The position numbers and the translations under genes are program-made. From a virus, in the IMG/VR virus record IMGVR_UViG_3300044639_001298, positions 7,742 to 71,741 of that record: a stretch of 64,000 nt of DNA. The stretch is one strand, 5' to 3'. The notes under the pieces are model-generated. The model was not told where the DNA came from. It searched no databases and saw only the letters and a list, made by a program, of their open reading frames with translations. The first letter of the stretch is position 1; every line of letters begins with the position of its first letter. Of the stretch, positions 9,832 through 20,800 are shown one piece after another.

Positions 9832-12800
9832 TTAACATATTACGTATCCGCTACCAGTGTTTTGGATGTTTATGTAAGTGTTATTTGAACCACTTACTAT
9901 TGTATAAGTATAGAATGAACTCAATCCGCAGTATCCTGTGTAAGTTCCACTATTATTACCTAAACCAAATCTTACGTTACTATTTGATAAATTCAATACT
10001 CCAAAGTCAATTACATCACCAACTGCCGCTGATGTACCATATGTAATATAGTTTTGGAACGTAGAAGGTTTATTACCTACTGATTGATTATTTATGTAAA
10101 TCCAACTACCACCATTTATTCTATATACAAATACCAAATTAGGTGGAGACGCAACAGGTGCACCAAAGTAGAAATTAACTTCAGAGTATGTTGGCGTCGA
10201 TGTTGGCGTCGGAGTAGGTGTTGGTGTAGGAGTTGGTGTTGGTGTTGGTGCAGGTGGAGTACAGTTAATATCAATATCGATGCCTATATTCAAATATAGC
10301 GTACTAGCTGAGAAATTATCATAACAAGATGTATTACTCACTATAAGTGTATTTCCTGCAAAATAATAATTTAACCCATAGTTGTATAAACCTACTAATT
10401 CAGTGTTTAAAGCATCTATTAACTGAGTTTGGTTTGGGTAATCGTTTATACCATATCCCGTATAGAATTGTTCTTGAACTAATATTTGATTATCTAATCT
10501 ACAATCAACATACCAGTTAGATACAATACTATTTAAATCACAAAGATTTTGAGTGAATCCACTTTGAGCTAACAAACTATTTAATAACGTTTGTAACATA
10601 TCAGAAGTAGAACCCTGAATAGTACAATCTAAAGTTTGGTCAATACAGTCGTAAGCAAAAGGTTGACCTGTATATTTACAAGGTATACAATCGATTGGTA
10701 TAATTTGACATCCTCTTTGTCTTCTCCAAACATATTTTTGCCTGTGGAAAATACTATTTTCCATTTTTTGACCTGTCAACCATAATGTAGTACCAGGAAC
10801 AACTTGCTCTAAAAGTCTTTGCCAATAATCCCCTAACCCCAAAGTATAATCAATCATTTTTTGGTATGTGAAATTATTTGATGGTATACCTACGGTTTGT
10901 TCCGATTGGAGGTATCTCCAAAATACCGATTGTAATGTTGGGTATCCACCAGTTTTACCATCACTGATTGTTTGTCTATTTCTTACGTTAATAAAATTAT
11001 TATAAAAACTTTGAGCAAACTCAAAAAATGTTTTCTCGTTTGGTTTTGGATTGATTACAGTCCAATCAATATTTCCAGGGTATGGGTATGGTGCGGTTAA
11101 ACCGCTATTTGGAATAGGGTAATTATATTTTACCGACATATCCCACACATCGTAGGTAATACCTTGACCCATATTCATGTATAGTTCAATGTTCTTAGAG
11201 TTGATGACTAACTTATCATCAGTAACGTTGTAATCTACTCCGTTAAAATTGGCGTTGTTTTTTCTTGTCCCAACATCATTTACCGGCCAAGATTTTTGGT
11301 TATCTGAAACTCTTCTAAGTGTGTAACCAACACTCATGTCCGGAAATTTCCTTAAAGAATCCAAATACTCCTGTCCAAAATTGAAAGGTGCAACTTTTGT
11401 AATAAGATAAGGATTAGAACCTGTAAACTGTGAATTTTGACTATCAACAGTTTCTACTGACCTATGTTTTGCAGTTTTTTCGAACCAACCAGCACCTTTT
11501 TGGAAGAAGTCCGTATCGGTTTGTCTTGGACTTTTAGGGAATCCGTCAGGGTCTATTCCGTAATCATCTAAACTCTTATTAACGAATTGTATCAATCCAC
11601 TTTCAGTATATCCCGTATAAACAACTCCTTTAACACTAAACGTATTTGTATCGTCTAAAGTAGGTTGGGATACAAAACGAGTACCTCCCGATATTGACGC
11701 ATATTGTTCATCAAATTTACCAACATTAATTTTTGTATCAGCCAAATAAACTATCTCATTAAACTCTAATAAAGCGTCAGGAGCACCAATAAACCTCATA
11801 ACATATTCTAATGATTGTCTTGTACCTTTAGATTTAAACATGTATGATGAGTTCAAAATTAAATTTCTATAATATTGATAATTTAATTCCGTTGGTGTTG
11901 GTGTGTTTTTTTGACCTGGATATATTTGTTGTGGTGTAGGATTAAATACTGCCGTTAAAAATTCTTCATTTGTGGTTGGTGAAATATTAGGGTTGATTCC
12001 TAAAGTTTGAGCCAAGTTAAATAGTAACTGTGAAGGTATATCATTACCGACTTGATAATTAACTGAATTCATGTAAGCTAAGCTGTCGATGAATTTTTTA
12101 ACCTCATCAAAACTTCTTCCATATATTTGTAAAACCTTTTCAATTTTTTGGTCGTCGGTATCAAACTCCTTAAACGCACCTGTAATTAAAAATCTACTAA
12201 TTAGATTTGTTTTATATTCATCAAGTCTCTCAGCAACTAATTGTAAATCATCTAAGTATTTGTTGAATTGTGTTGATGTAATATCTAAATTCCAAAATAT
12301 CGCCAACGGCCAAGTTAATTTACGAGTATACATCGTATATTTTCCATTGTCATCATATTCAGGGTAAGTGAATACAGAAGTATATATTGGTGCACTATTT
12401 TGATTTAATAAAAACTTTTCAACCTCATCAAACGCATCTGTAAATATTTCTTGTGTGTTCTTATTATTTGGTTTTAATATTAAATTACTTGTTGTTGCGG
12501 TTTGACCACTAAATGGGTTACCTTCTACTATGATAGTAACATTACCACCACTTAATGATTGAGTAGGTTCAAAATCAGTTAGTTTATATTCAGTTTTTAA
12601 ATCGTCAAAATATAAAGCATACTTTTCATACTGATTTGTAAGAGCCCTTATAGGGTGTATTGGGAATGGTTTAACCTCAATATTTCTTTGCGCATTTACA
12701 GAATAATCAATTTCAAATGGATTTCTAAATAATTTAGTATCCATTTCAAAAGTAGTTTCATTATTAATAGCATCGTACTGAATATTAAATGCGGTAAATC

Positions 12801-13191
12801 CAGTAAAGAGACCTGTCTGTTGTCTGAATAGTACTTCTATACCGGCAGGAAAGTTATTGATTATCTTAATAGCTGACGCAGATAGTCTTTTTGAAAGGGA
12901 CCCATATAAAGAAAAACTAGTAATTTCTGATAAGTCATAGTTAGGGTATACTTTGAAATTATTTTCAATAATTCTTTTCGCCTCTTCAATATTATTAATT
13001 TTTAGATTTTCTAAAGTATAGGGTGTCGAGAACACTCCGGTATCAAATTTTCTATTTGATTTTTCGTATATTGCAGATGTGAATTGAAAATTTCCTTGTG
13101 TTAGTCCACCAGCATCAGTAATCTGAACTCCGACAAGATTATCTGCGAAAGTATTTGTTCCAATAGGTGGGTAGAAAATTTTATTTGCCAT
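9832..13191 (-). CDS. Baseplate wedge protein (T4 gp7 / P2 gpI-like) with PT linker and C-terminal appended domain
   Basis: L..LAQTLG and YMFKSKGTRQSLEYVMRFIG motifs typical of gpI/gp7-like proteins; position in the baseplate cluster. Confidence 0.65.
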   Translation of the reverse strand: MANKIFYPPIGTNTFADNLVGVQITDAGGLTQGNFQFTSAIYEKSNRKFDTGVFSTPYTLENLKINNIEEAKRIIENNFKVYPNYDLSEITSFSLYGSLSKRLSASAIKIINNFPAGIEVLFRQQTGLFTGFTAFNIQYDAINNETTFEMDTKLFRNPFEIDYSVNAQRNIEVKPFPIHPIRALTNQYEKYALYFDDLKTEYKLTDFEPTQSLSGGNVTIIVEGNPFSGQTATTSNLILKPNNKNTQEIFTDAFDEVEKFLLNQNSAPIYTSVFTYPEYDDNGKYTMYTRKLTWPLAIFWNLDITSTQFNKYLDDLQLVAERLDEYKTNLISRFLITGAFKEFDTDDQKIEKVLQIYGRSFDEVKKFIDSLAYMNSVNYQVGNDIPSQLLFNLAQTLGINPNISPTTNEEFLTAVFNPTPQQIYPGQKNTPTPTELNYQYYRNLILNSSYMFKSKGTRQSLEYVMRFIGAPDALLEFNEIVYLADTKINVGKFDEQYASISGGTRFVSQPTLDDTNTFSVKGVVYTGYTESGLIQFVNKSLDDYGIDPDGFPKSPRQTDTDFFQKGAGWFEKTAKHRSVETVDSQNSQFTGSNPYLITKVAPFNFGQEYLDSLRKFPDMSVGYTLRRVSDNQKSWPVNDVGTRKNNANFNGVDYNVTDDKLVINSKNIELYMNMGQGITYDVWDMSVKYNYPIPNSGLTAPYPYPGNIDWTVINPKPNEKTFFEFAQSFYNNFINVRNRQTISDGKTGGYPTLQSVFWRYLQSEQTVGIPSNNFTYQKMIDYTLGLGDYWQRLLEQVVPGTTLWLTGQKMENSIFHRQKYVWRRQRGCQIIPIDCIPCKYTGQPFAYDCIDQTLDCTIQGSTSDMLQTLLNSLLAQSGFTQNLCDLNSIVSNWYVDCRLDNQILVQEQFYTGYGINDYPNQTQLIDALNTELVGLYNYGLNYYFAGNTLIVSNTSCYDNFSASTLYLNIGIDIDINCTPPAPTPTPTPTPTPTPTPTSTPTYSEVNFYFGAPVASPPNLVFVYRINGGSWIYINNQSVGNKPSTFQNYITYGTSAAVGDVIDFGVLNLSNSNVRFGLGNNSGTYTGYCGLSSFYTYTIVSGSNNTYINIQNTGSGYVIC
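10189..10258 (-). repeat. Coding PPAP(TP)n tract
   Basis: [21 protein letters not shown] in the 1119-aa ORF. Confidence 0.9.
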
Positions 13192-14099
13192 TAAGTAATA
13201 ATATTTGTAAAGTTTTTACTAAAGTCTATATTAGCACCTCTATCTTGTCTAACTTCATATAGTAACTCGTTAAAGTTATCTCTAACCTCAAATAAGTTAT
13301 ATTGTTTATAGATATTGTTATTACTATCGTATAATGTGTAAATACCATCTTCCATACTCTTACTTTGGTTACCATAAAGAGCTATAGCGAGAGTATCTAT
13401 ATCATAGTCAGCCATTTGAATATCAATCGTAATAGGATTAAAAAAAGTATTACTTACAATAATATTTTGATTTGGTTGACCAATGAATGGTGTTGCTGTT
13501 GGTTTGTTTGTTGGTGAAGATGATGGTGATAAAGTACAAAAAATTAAATCACTTCCTCCATCAACATAACGATATCTAATTGTTTTTTGAGATGAGTTAA
13601 CTTGTTCAGTTACCACAGGCTCACAAAAGAACGAAGATGTTACAATACGATAAAAGTTTGGTATCTTTGTTCCATCATTGTTAAGATATTCAACTCTAAA
13701 TCCAACCAAACCTTGATTGGTGAATTTATTTCTGTATTGAGATGGGACATCGTTAATGTTTATGATAATACCTTTTACGTTAGGTAATGCTGATAACACA
13801 CCACAATCTGTAATTGATGTTCTAATTTCTGCGGGTTTGATGTATAATGTATAAATTCCTTTTTTATTAAACTCACTTGAAGGTAGTTTTAGATTATATA
13901 ATCCTCCTAACACTTCGACACCCGAATTACCACCTGTATCATCATTATGAAAATAAGGTGTTAATATACTTTGTGAGTTTAATTTTTTAAGCAAAAAATT
14001 GTCTGTTACATCTCTACTTGGTGTATAATGTAAAATGATGTCAACATCTGCAGGTGAAACATCTGAGGGTCTTACAATACCATAGGTTCCTAATGCCAT
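13191..14099 (-). CDS. Putative baseplate/virion structural protein
   Basis: 302-aa ORF coupled to the wedge gene, with TATTTATA at 14109-14116; no family recognised. Confidence 0.55.
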   Translation of the reverse strand: MALGTYGIVRPSDVSPADVDIILHYTPSRDVTDNFLLKKLNSQSILTPYFHNDDTGGNSGVEVLGGLYNLKLPSSEFNKKGIYTLYIKPAEIRTSITDCGVLSALPNVKGIIININDVPSQYRNKFTNQGLVGFRVEYLNNDGTKIPNFYRIVTSSFFCEPVVTEQVNSSQKTIRYRYVDGGSDLIFCTLSPSSSPTNKPTATPFIGQPNQNIIVSNTFFNPITIDIQMADYDIDTLAIALYGNQSKSMEDGIYTLYDSNNNIYKQYNLFEVRDNFNELLYEVRQDRGANIDFSKNFTNIIT

Positions 14100-14130
14100 T
14101 TTTTATTTTATAAATAGTTTATGTAGGTTT

Positions 14131-15273
14131 TTATGTTGTGTTAATTTTGAAGAATCCGTAACCATATCTTTCTAAATCTCCAATATTATCAACTTCACCA
14201 AGTCTTTCTAACGATTCGAACGCACTATACTTACCTCTTTCCACATAAATGTCTGTTTGTATTTGTGGTGCCATTACAAAATCTAATAATTGTTCATTTT
14301 TAGTTATAATCGAAGGATTTAAATCATTTGCACTTAGTCCATTACTGTTAGTAACATAAAAAGTCTTACCGTTTGGTAAATCATAATAGGTTATGTTCTC
14401 TATTGTGTAACCAGTTATATCATCAATAATTGAATCTATTTTTCCGTAAAATTGATTGTTCTTGGTAAACACATATCCAACAGTAAAAGGTTGTGAGCCG
14501 TATCTTCTTAAATCTTGTACCTTGGATTTTGTAAATCCGGAAACAATAAATGGTGTTGTTGTCCAATTCGACGATGCTTGGTAATTTACGTTATTGTTTG
14601 AATCTAACGGGTAGATATAATCAATGTTCAATTGTGTATTTGACCAACTACCTCCTTGTGGTGTAAAATATATCGTACCATTTGGGTTAGGTGTACCTAC
14701 ATTTAACAACGGTATTGTAATTGGTTTTGATACGGTTGTTAAACCCCAAGGATTAGAACCTGATAATGTAATCACATAACTACCAGGTGTTTGATAAATA
14801 TGATTTATGTTTGTTGATGATAATTGTTGTGTTTGAGTACCGTCCCCCCAATCAACAATAAATGTTGTGAAATCTAAATAACTCGTTGTAAAATCACCAG
14901 ATGTGTTATAAAGTTTTACTGAAAATAAATTAGATGGATTATCACCTGAATATAAAAAGTTAGTTACGATATCTTTTTGACAGATTAAACCGTCGAACTC
15001 AGAGTAATATCCAATGTCATTATACGTTTGTGTAAAAAGAATTGGTATAGTAAGACCCGTTAATAAAGATGAACCATTAGTTCCACCTGAAAGTATTTGG
15101 GTCATACCTGAATATAAAGAAAAGTTTTGAGTTATAGCAGTAAAAGGTGTAGATGAGGTTGGTACCCCGTTTGGTGGGAGGTCATATATGGTTTGAGCAG
15201 TATAGACCAATCCGAAGATATCCGTATTCAATACTTCAGGTGATATTATGTAACTAAACTTTTCAGACTCCAT
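14131..15273 (-). CDS. PKD-domain virion protein
   Basis: VDWGDGT....NHIYQTPGSYVITL is a PKD signature; lies in the structural operon. Confidence 0.7.
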   Translation of the reverse strand: MESEKFSYIISPEVLNTDIFGLVYTAQTIYDLPPNGVPTSSTPFTAITQNFSLYSGMTQILSGGTNGSSLLTGLTIPILFTQTYNDIGYYSEFDGLICQKDIVTNFLYSGDNPSNLFSVKLYNTSGDFTTSYLDFTTFIVDWGDGTQTQQLSSTNINHIYQTPGSYVITLSGSNPWGLTTVSKPITIPLLNVGTPNPNGTIYFTPQGGSWSNTQLNIDYIYPLDSNNNVNYQASSNWTTTPFIVSGFTKSKVQDLRRYGSQPFTVGYVFTKNNQFYGKIDSIIDDITGYTIENITYYDLPNGKTFYVTNSNGLSANDLNPSIITKNEQLLDFVMAPQIQTDIYVERGKYSAFESLERLGEVDNIGDLERYGYGFFKINTT

Positions 15274-16118
15274 TATGGGTTAATATATTCATACCAGATT
15301 ATAGCATCATTTGCTGTTTGTCCTTGACCTACTCTTGTAAGTGATGGATTTTCTCTATAAACCTTATATTCATAACTACTATAGTCTAGTACAACTTTGT
15401 AATAAAAATATTTTTCTTTATCAAAATTAAACTTAGTAGGTCCTGAAAATGAAGATTGTGGTTCATTTATCATTCTTACAAATTGACCTTTTTTAGCGTT
15501 AAAGAATTTACAAGACATGTAAAATTCAGTTTGAGCAATATAAGACTCATTTCTTAACCAATAAAAGAAGAACCCTTCTTTATCTTTACCAATATAATCT
15601 AAAAGATATTTTGGTTTGTTTACTAAAACGGTGGTTGGGTTAAGTGCTGGTCCTATAGAACCCGTTTCTTTTAATCCTTGTTGTGTTGGTAACACCACAG
15701 TAAAAAGTATTTTTTGATTCTCATTTGATTTTGTATCGTAGAAATCCAATTTGAAAAAAGACCCTTTGAATGAATTTGAAAAATAATAAATTTCACTATC
15801 AGTAAATGTGGCGTACTCATAGTCATCCAACCAGTTTGATATAGTTGGTGGGTTGTTTATAAAACTTGTAGGTAGATTAGGATTAAAAAAATTAAAGATA
15901 TAACCTATTTCAGTTTTATCAGGGTTATTATCCCAAGGAGCATGTGCAAATCTTGCAATTTCAAAATCTTCAATACCATTTATAATTTGTTGTACGGCTT
16001 TAGTTTCAAACTCTTCTACCGCCTGTTCTCTACCTTCCATATCGAATGTTATTTCGATTGGAATGTTGATTTCCATATCATTAGGGTTAACCGTAAATCT
16101 ATAATAGTTACTACTCAC
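15273..16118 (-). CDS. Hypothetical virion structural protein
   Basis: 281-aa aromatic-rich ORF overlapping its neighbours in the baseplate operon. Confidence 0.55.
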   Translation of the reverse strand: MSSNYYRFTVNPNDMEINIPIEITFDMEGREQAVEEFETKAVQQIINGIEDFEIARFAHAPWDNNPDKTEIGYIFNFFNPNLPTSFINNPPTISNWLDDYEYATFTDSEIYYFSNSFKGSFFKLDFYDTKSNENQKILFTVVLPTQQGLKETGSIGPALNPTTVLVNKPKYLLDYIGKDKEGFFFYWLRNESYIAQTEFYMSCKFFNAKKGQFVRMINEPQSSFSGPTKFNFDKEKYFYYKVVLDYSSYEYKVYRENPSLTRVGQGQTANDAIIWYEYINP

Positions 16119-17862
16119 AATCGTCAGTGGTTGGTCCGTTTATAATTGTTGTCACAATTTCTTCTGTTCTTTGTATTGGTTTTTGTAGAAACAAAACTTC
16201 TTTGAATGGGTAATGCGCTCCGTTAGTAAACGGATAGTCAACACCTAAACCTTCAGCATCTACGAATCCATAAGTATAAATGTCTCTCCACACAAAAGTT
16301 TGTTCATATTTTGAATACCAAGCGTAACTTGGTACATTATCAGTATTATTTGCAGAACCAAATTCTAAGTAATCACTAAACACCCTAATTTGTATCGGGT
16401 GGTGTGGTTCATAAACATATCCGCTTGGTAGATTTAGTAATGAATTATCGAAGAAATAAGAACCATTAAATGAGTACTTATGATACATTGGTGATAAAAC
16501 GTATTCATTTTGCTCTGTATAGTTATATTCACAAAAATCTCCTTTTATAATCGTATCTTTTGGTAACGTGTCAGTGTAATAAAATAGATTTCCACTACCT
16601 GTCGGTTGTTCGTATGAATTTAATGGTAGATTGTCTTTATTACTTAATGAATTATGATTCCACCACGTATCGACTGAGTTTTCCAAAAAGTTAAATGACC
16701 AACCAATATCAATACCGGTTTTTGTTCCATTTGTATTAGTAATAGGAGGATTGAACCATCCCATATATCCTTTATGAATAAATGAAACAAATAACTGAGT
16801 TATCGGTTTTCCGTTATTATCTATAAGACCTGATATTGGTATATCCCTATTTAGGGTAAATGAAAACGTTTTAGAATCTTCTTTAACTGAAATCCTTTGT
16901 ACCCCATTAGGTGTAAGTGCTGAATACTCTAATTTAGTTTTAGTACTAAAAGGATTGTTTTCAAATCCTCCTTGTGTGATATTGAACTCATCGTGTGTTG
17001 CAATAACCTTATGTAATCTTACATAATATATTGATTTTGTTTCGGCACTATTAACTATGTTAGTAATTCTCTTAAGTGTTCCTTTTGTTCCCGCAATAGT
17101 TTGATTGACGGGGAATTTGAGGTTAAATACTGAGAATACTTTTTCTTCTGACCTATAATTTTCATCACCTAATGAGTAAACTTGATGTACTTTTTTATTT
17201 CCGAGTCCACCAGGTAATGATGGTATATTAATTTCAACCCACTCATCTTGTTTTAAGTTGTGTTTTGCACCACAATTAAACAAAACAACTTTTTTACCAT
17301 TAGTTTCACCCGTAGTTAAAACAAATGGAACACCATCACCTGAAACAAAATTAACAGTGGTGTTGAATGATTCATTAGTATATGACATAGGTTGTTGAGT
17401 AGTACTACTAAATGGATAAGTCAAATACATCATCCAATTGTAAGAGGATGCGCTTTTTGGTACATAACTTCTATGTCCTGTAACCGCAGAATACCTAACA
17501 AAAGTAAATTCATCAAATTGTGGATAACCTTGCCACGGCACATTTGGATTTGGTGGTGTGTTTAATGTTGCATCATTTATTTCATTGGTGTAGTACAAAA
17601 TATTTCTAAAAGGTGTATAAGTAGTTTTCCCTGATACCGTATTTTTGAATATGTTTGTAATTTTACCAGAGATTCTAAATTTATCACTTTCTTGTCTTTC
17701 GGTATCAAACTGAGTTGCAAGATTGATGGTTAATGACCTATCACCTTCAACCATAGTTCTTCTATCCCCCATTAATGGTGGTTGAATCCAAATGTCTTTG
17801 TCGGTGTTACCCGCAAATTGTTTTGACCCTAAAACTATATTTATTTCGTTCTGATTAGACAT
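16111..17862 (-). CDS. Hypothetical virion structural protein
   Basis: 583-aa ORF overlapping its neighbours in the baseplate operon. Confidence 0.55.
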   Translation of the reverse strand: MSNQNEINIVLGSKQFAGNTDKDIWIQPPLMGDRRTMVEGDRSLTINLATQFDTERQESDKFRISGKITNIFKNTVSGKTTYTPFRNILYYTNEINDATLNTPPNPNVPWQGYPQFDEFTFVRYSAVTGHRSYVPKSASSYNWMMYLTYPFSSTTQQPMSYTNESFNTTVNFVSGDGVPFVLTTGETNGKKVVLFNCGAKHNLKQDEWVEINIPSLPGGLGNKKVHQVYSLGDENYRSEEKVFSVFNLKFPVNQTIAGTKGTLKRITNIVNSAETKSIYYVRLHKVIATHDEFNITQGGFENNPFSTKTKLEYSALTPNGVQRISVKEDSKTFSFTLNRDIPISGLIDNNGKPITQLFVSFIHKGYMGWFNPPITNTNGTKTGIDIGWSFNFLENSVDTWWNHNSLSNKDNLPLNSYEQPTGSGNLFYYTDTLPKDTIIKGDFCEYNYTEQNEYVLSPMYHKYSFNGSYFFDNSLLNLPSGYVYEPHHPIQIRVFSDYLEFGSANNTDNVPSYAWYSKYEQTFVWRDIYTYGFVDAEGLGVDYPFTNGAHYPFKEVLFLQKPIQRTEEIVTTIINGPTTDDCE

Positions 17863-20800
17863 TAGTATTGAAAATGTATTTTGTTATATATCTGTTCATG
17901 GAACTCTTACCTTTATTTAATCCAAAATAAAAATGGAAAGGTGCACCAACTAAAAATTTATTAGATTGTCCTGGTGGGAAATTTGCCGTGTTACCATTAC
18001 TATCTGAGTTGTATATATATCCTTTTTTACCGTAGTTCGTCGTATTAAAATAATTTGAGAACGGTGCTTGATAAAAACTTTGCGTTTGGTAAGTGTATTT
18101 GTAGAAACCATTACCTTGTAATCCTGTGTCCCAATCATTTTTATCTGACCCAAAAATTGTGTTTGTATCATCTAATTTCCATAGGTAAAAAGGTACCTCT
18201 TGTGTTTTAGGATACCCGTAATAGTTTGTTAAAGTAGGTGTAAATGTTGTGATACCCGGTGTTAGTTTAATTCTATTTTCGGTATTTGCAGTAAAAAATA
18301 CACCAACCAATCCTTCACCTGTACTTGAGACGTACAACGAAGTATCATCATATGCGTCGTCACTAAAACCATCCACACCGAATTCAGAGTTAATACTAAA
18401 TAGTTGTGCAATATCACCATCTATCCTATCTTCACTTCGTGAGAACAATCTATTTATTGATGCATCCCCAAGACCTAATGCTTGACCCCAGAAATTACTA
18501 TTAATTAGTCTTGATAATATAAAAAGTAGTAAAAGTTCAGATGTGTCGTTATATGAAGTCGATTGTAGTGTATCGATTAAATAACCTTCAAATTGTGGGT
18601 TAGTGCATATTTGTCTTGTAAATTCGTCTCTTGGTCCTAAATCCATGATTGTAGTAGGAAAGTATATATTTCTCGTATTCATACCACCATACCCCGCATT
18701 AACAAAAGGGGTTAAAGGTGCCAATCTTCTTCTAGGAATCTGACCTAAAAAGTTATTACCATCATATGGTGTTGACCTATAAAATATTGCGTTTGTTACA
18801 CCCTCAGTATAAAATAAAGGTCCCTGTCCTGTTCTTAAAATACTGTCATAACTACCACAGAATAAATATTTTTTAGGTTGTCCTGAAACACTAAATATTG
18901 TTTTCTTCTTAAATGAAAACATATATAAAGAACCATTAACCCAGTTGTTTTGGAAAACTTGTGAAAATACTCCTCGACAAGCAGCAAACATCATTCTGAA
19001 TCTAGATTTCCATTCAACAAAATATTTTAAGTCTTTCGGTATGGATGTAATGAGTGGGGCGTCGACAAAATAATAACATCCTCCCTTAACTCTTTTACCA
19101 TCCAAGTTTTCGGGACAAGGTGTGTCAACACCAAATGAAGTACCGTTACCACTATAACATTCCAATAAAGTTAAATTATCACACTGTAGTGTGCCTAATA
19201 CCGCATCAGTTATTCCGTTTGATGTATCTCCAGTTAAATCTTGAGCATTACCAGTCGTATCTGTGGCTTGCGAACTTATGAAAGGTACCGCTACACCGTT
19301 ACCTTGTTCGTCAATTGTATAGATTGAAAAATTATTATTCAAATGTAACGCATAAGATGAATTACCACTTATTTCAGTCAAAGTAGATGTTGGTAGTCTA
19401 TCAGACCTAAAAACTAATCTGTTGTTGTTTGTGATAGTAACATTTGATGGGGACTGTAAATGGTATGCTGGTGATAGAACTCTCGCTTCCACACCTGAAT
19501 TAGCATAAGCGTATACGGTTCCACCTGAAACTGTTGATGTAATGAATGTTCCACCTTCAATTAATCCTTGTGGAGTACTTGTCGTAGCACTAAGATAGAA
19601 TTGGAAAGCAATTCTATTATTACCATTAGGGAAGTCATCGTTAGCTCCGGTATTATTTGTAAAATTCCCTAAACCATAAATGTCGGTATTGAAGGCTTTG
19701 AAATTAATTTGACTCTTATCGGTCGAACTATAATAATGAATTGAGTTGTTTGTAAATGCCGTAAATAAAGTACTATCAACTGTAAATCCAAAAGGTTCGT
19801 GATAAAGAGATGTGTTTGTATTACCTGTGACGTTATGAGTTTGAGGTGTCTTATATGTCGAATACCAGTTATACGATAATGGACTGGTTGTTGGTCCTGT
19901 GTTTGGTTGAATTGGTACATTCAAATAATAAGTACCTTCAACTATTGGTCCTGAACCAAAAGAATATCCAAATAATTTTGATAAATCGTATCTAATGTTT
20001 TGTTTTTGAGTATACGGGTCAACACCTCTATTTAATATGATAATTTGCATATTTTCATGTAAATCCAAATAATCGATTGGGTACACTCCTTGTGTTTGAA
20101 AAACACCAGCAACACCGAAGGTAAAATCTTGTGTTTTTTTGAATAGGTATTTATTTAATAATCCAAGTGTCGGGTGTGTTGAAGCCGAAAGTTGTGTTGT
20201 TGTTGCACCTGTAATTACTTGGAAGTATTCGACACCCGCCTTAAATTTATACTCTTTACCGTTTTCTGTTATATTAAGTTTAAGTGTTCCTGTTTGAATA
20301 TTACCATTAGGATTTATCCAAGAAAATTGTTTATTAACTAAATTGGTACTATTAAATGGTGTTGCACCAGTAATATTATTTGTGTTAAATTGATTTGCGT
20401 TTGTTAAACCCGTTATATTAGGGTCATTAATAGTAGTTATATCGGTAAACGACAACAATTGTCCCGGTACTATAGGTGTATTAGGGTCAACTAAAAGAAT
20501 AACAACACTATCATCAAAAGTTGTTGATGGGTCAATCGCGTTTGTACTTGGGTTAGTATTTCTTACTGTTGTTTTGATATAGTTTTCACCGGCAAAATAT
20601 CTACTTCTTAAATTCGCTAAGTTCAATGATTGAGCTAACTGAACGTCTCTACCCATAACAGGTGAAGCACCTAAAGGGTATTGTGTTACAGGGACTTTGT
20701 TTAAATAATTTAAGTTATTATTTGTACTTGGGTTCTGATAACCCGCAAAAATCTGTCTTGTCCCTTCTAAAAATGATGCAGATGATGGGTCGTTAGGGTT

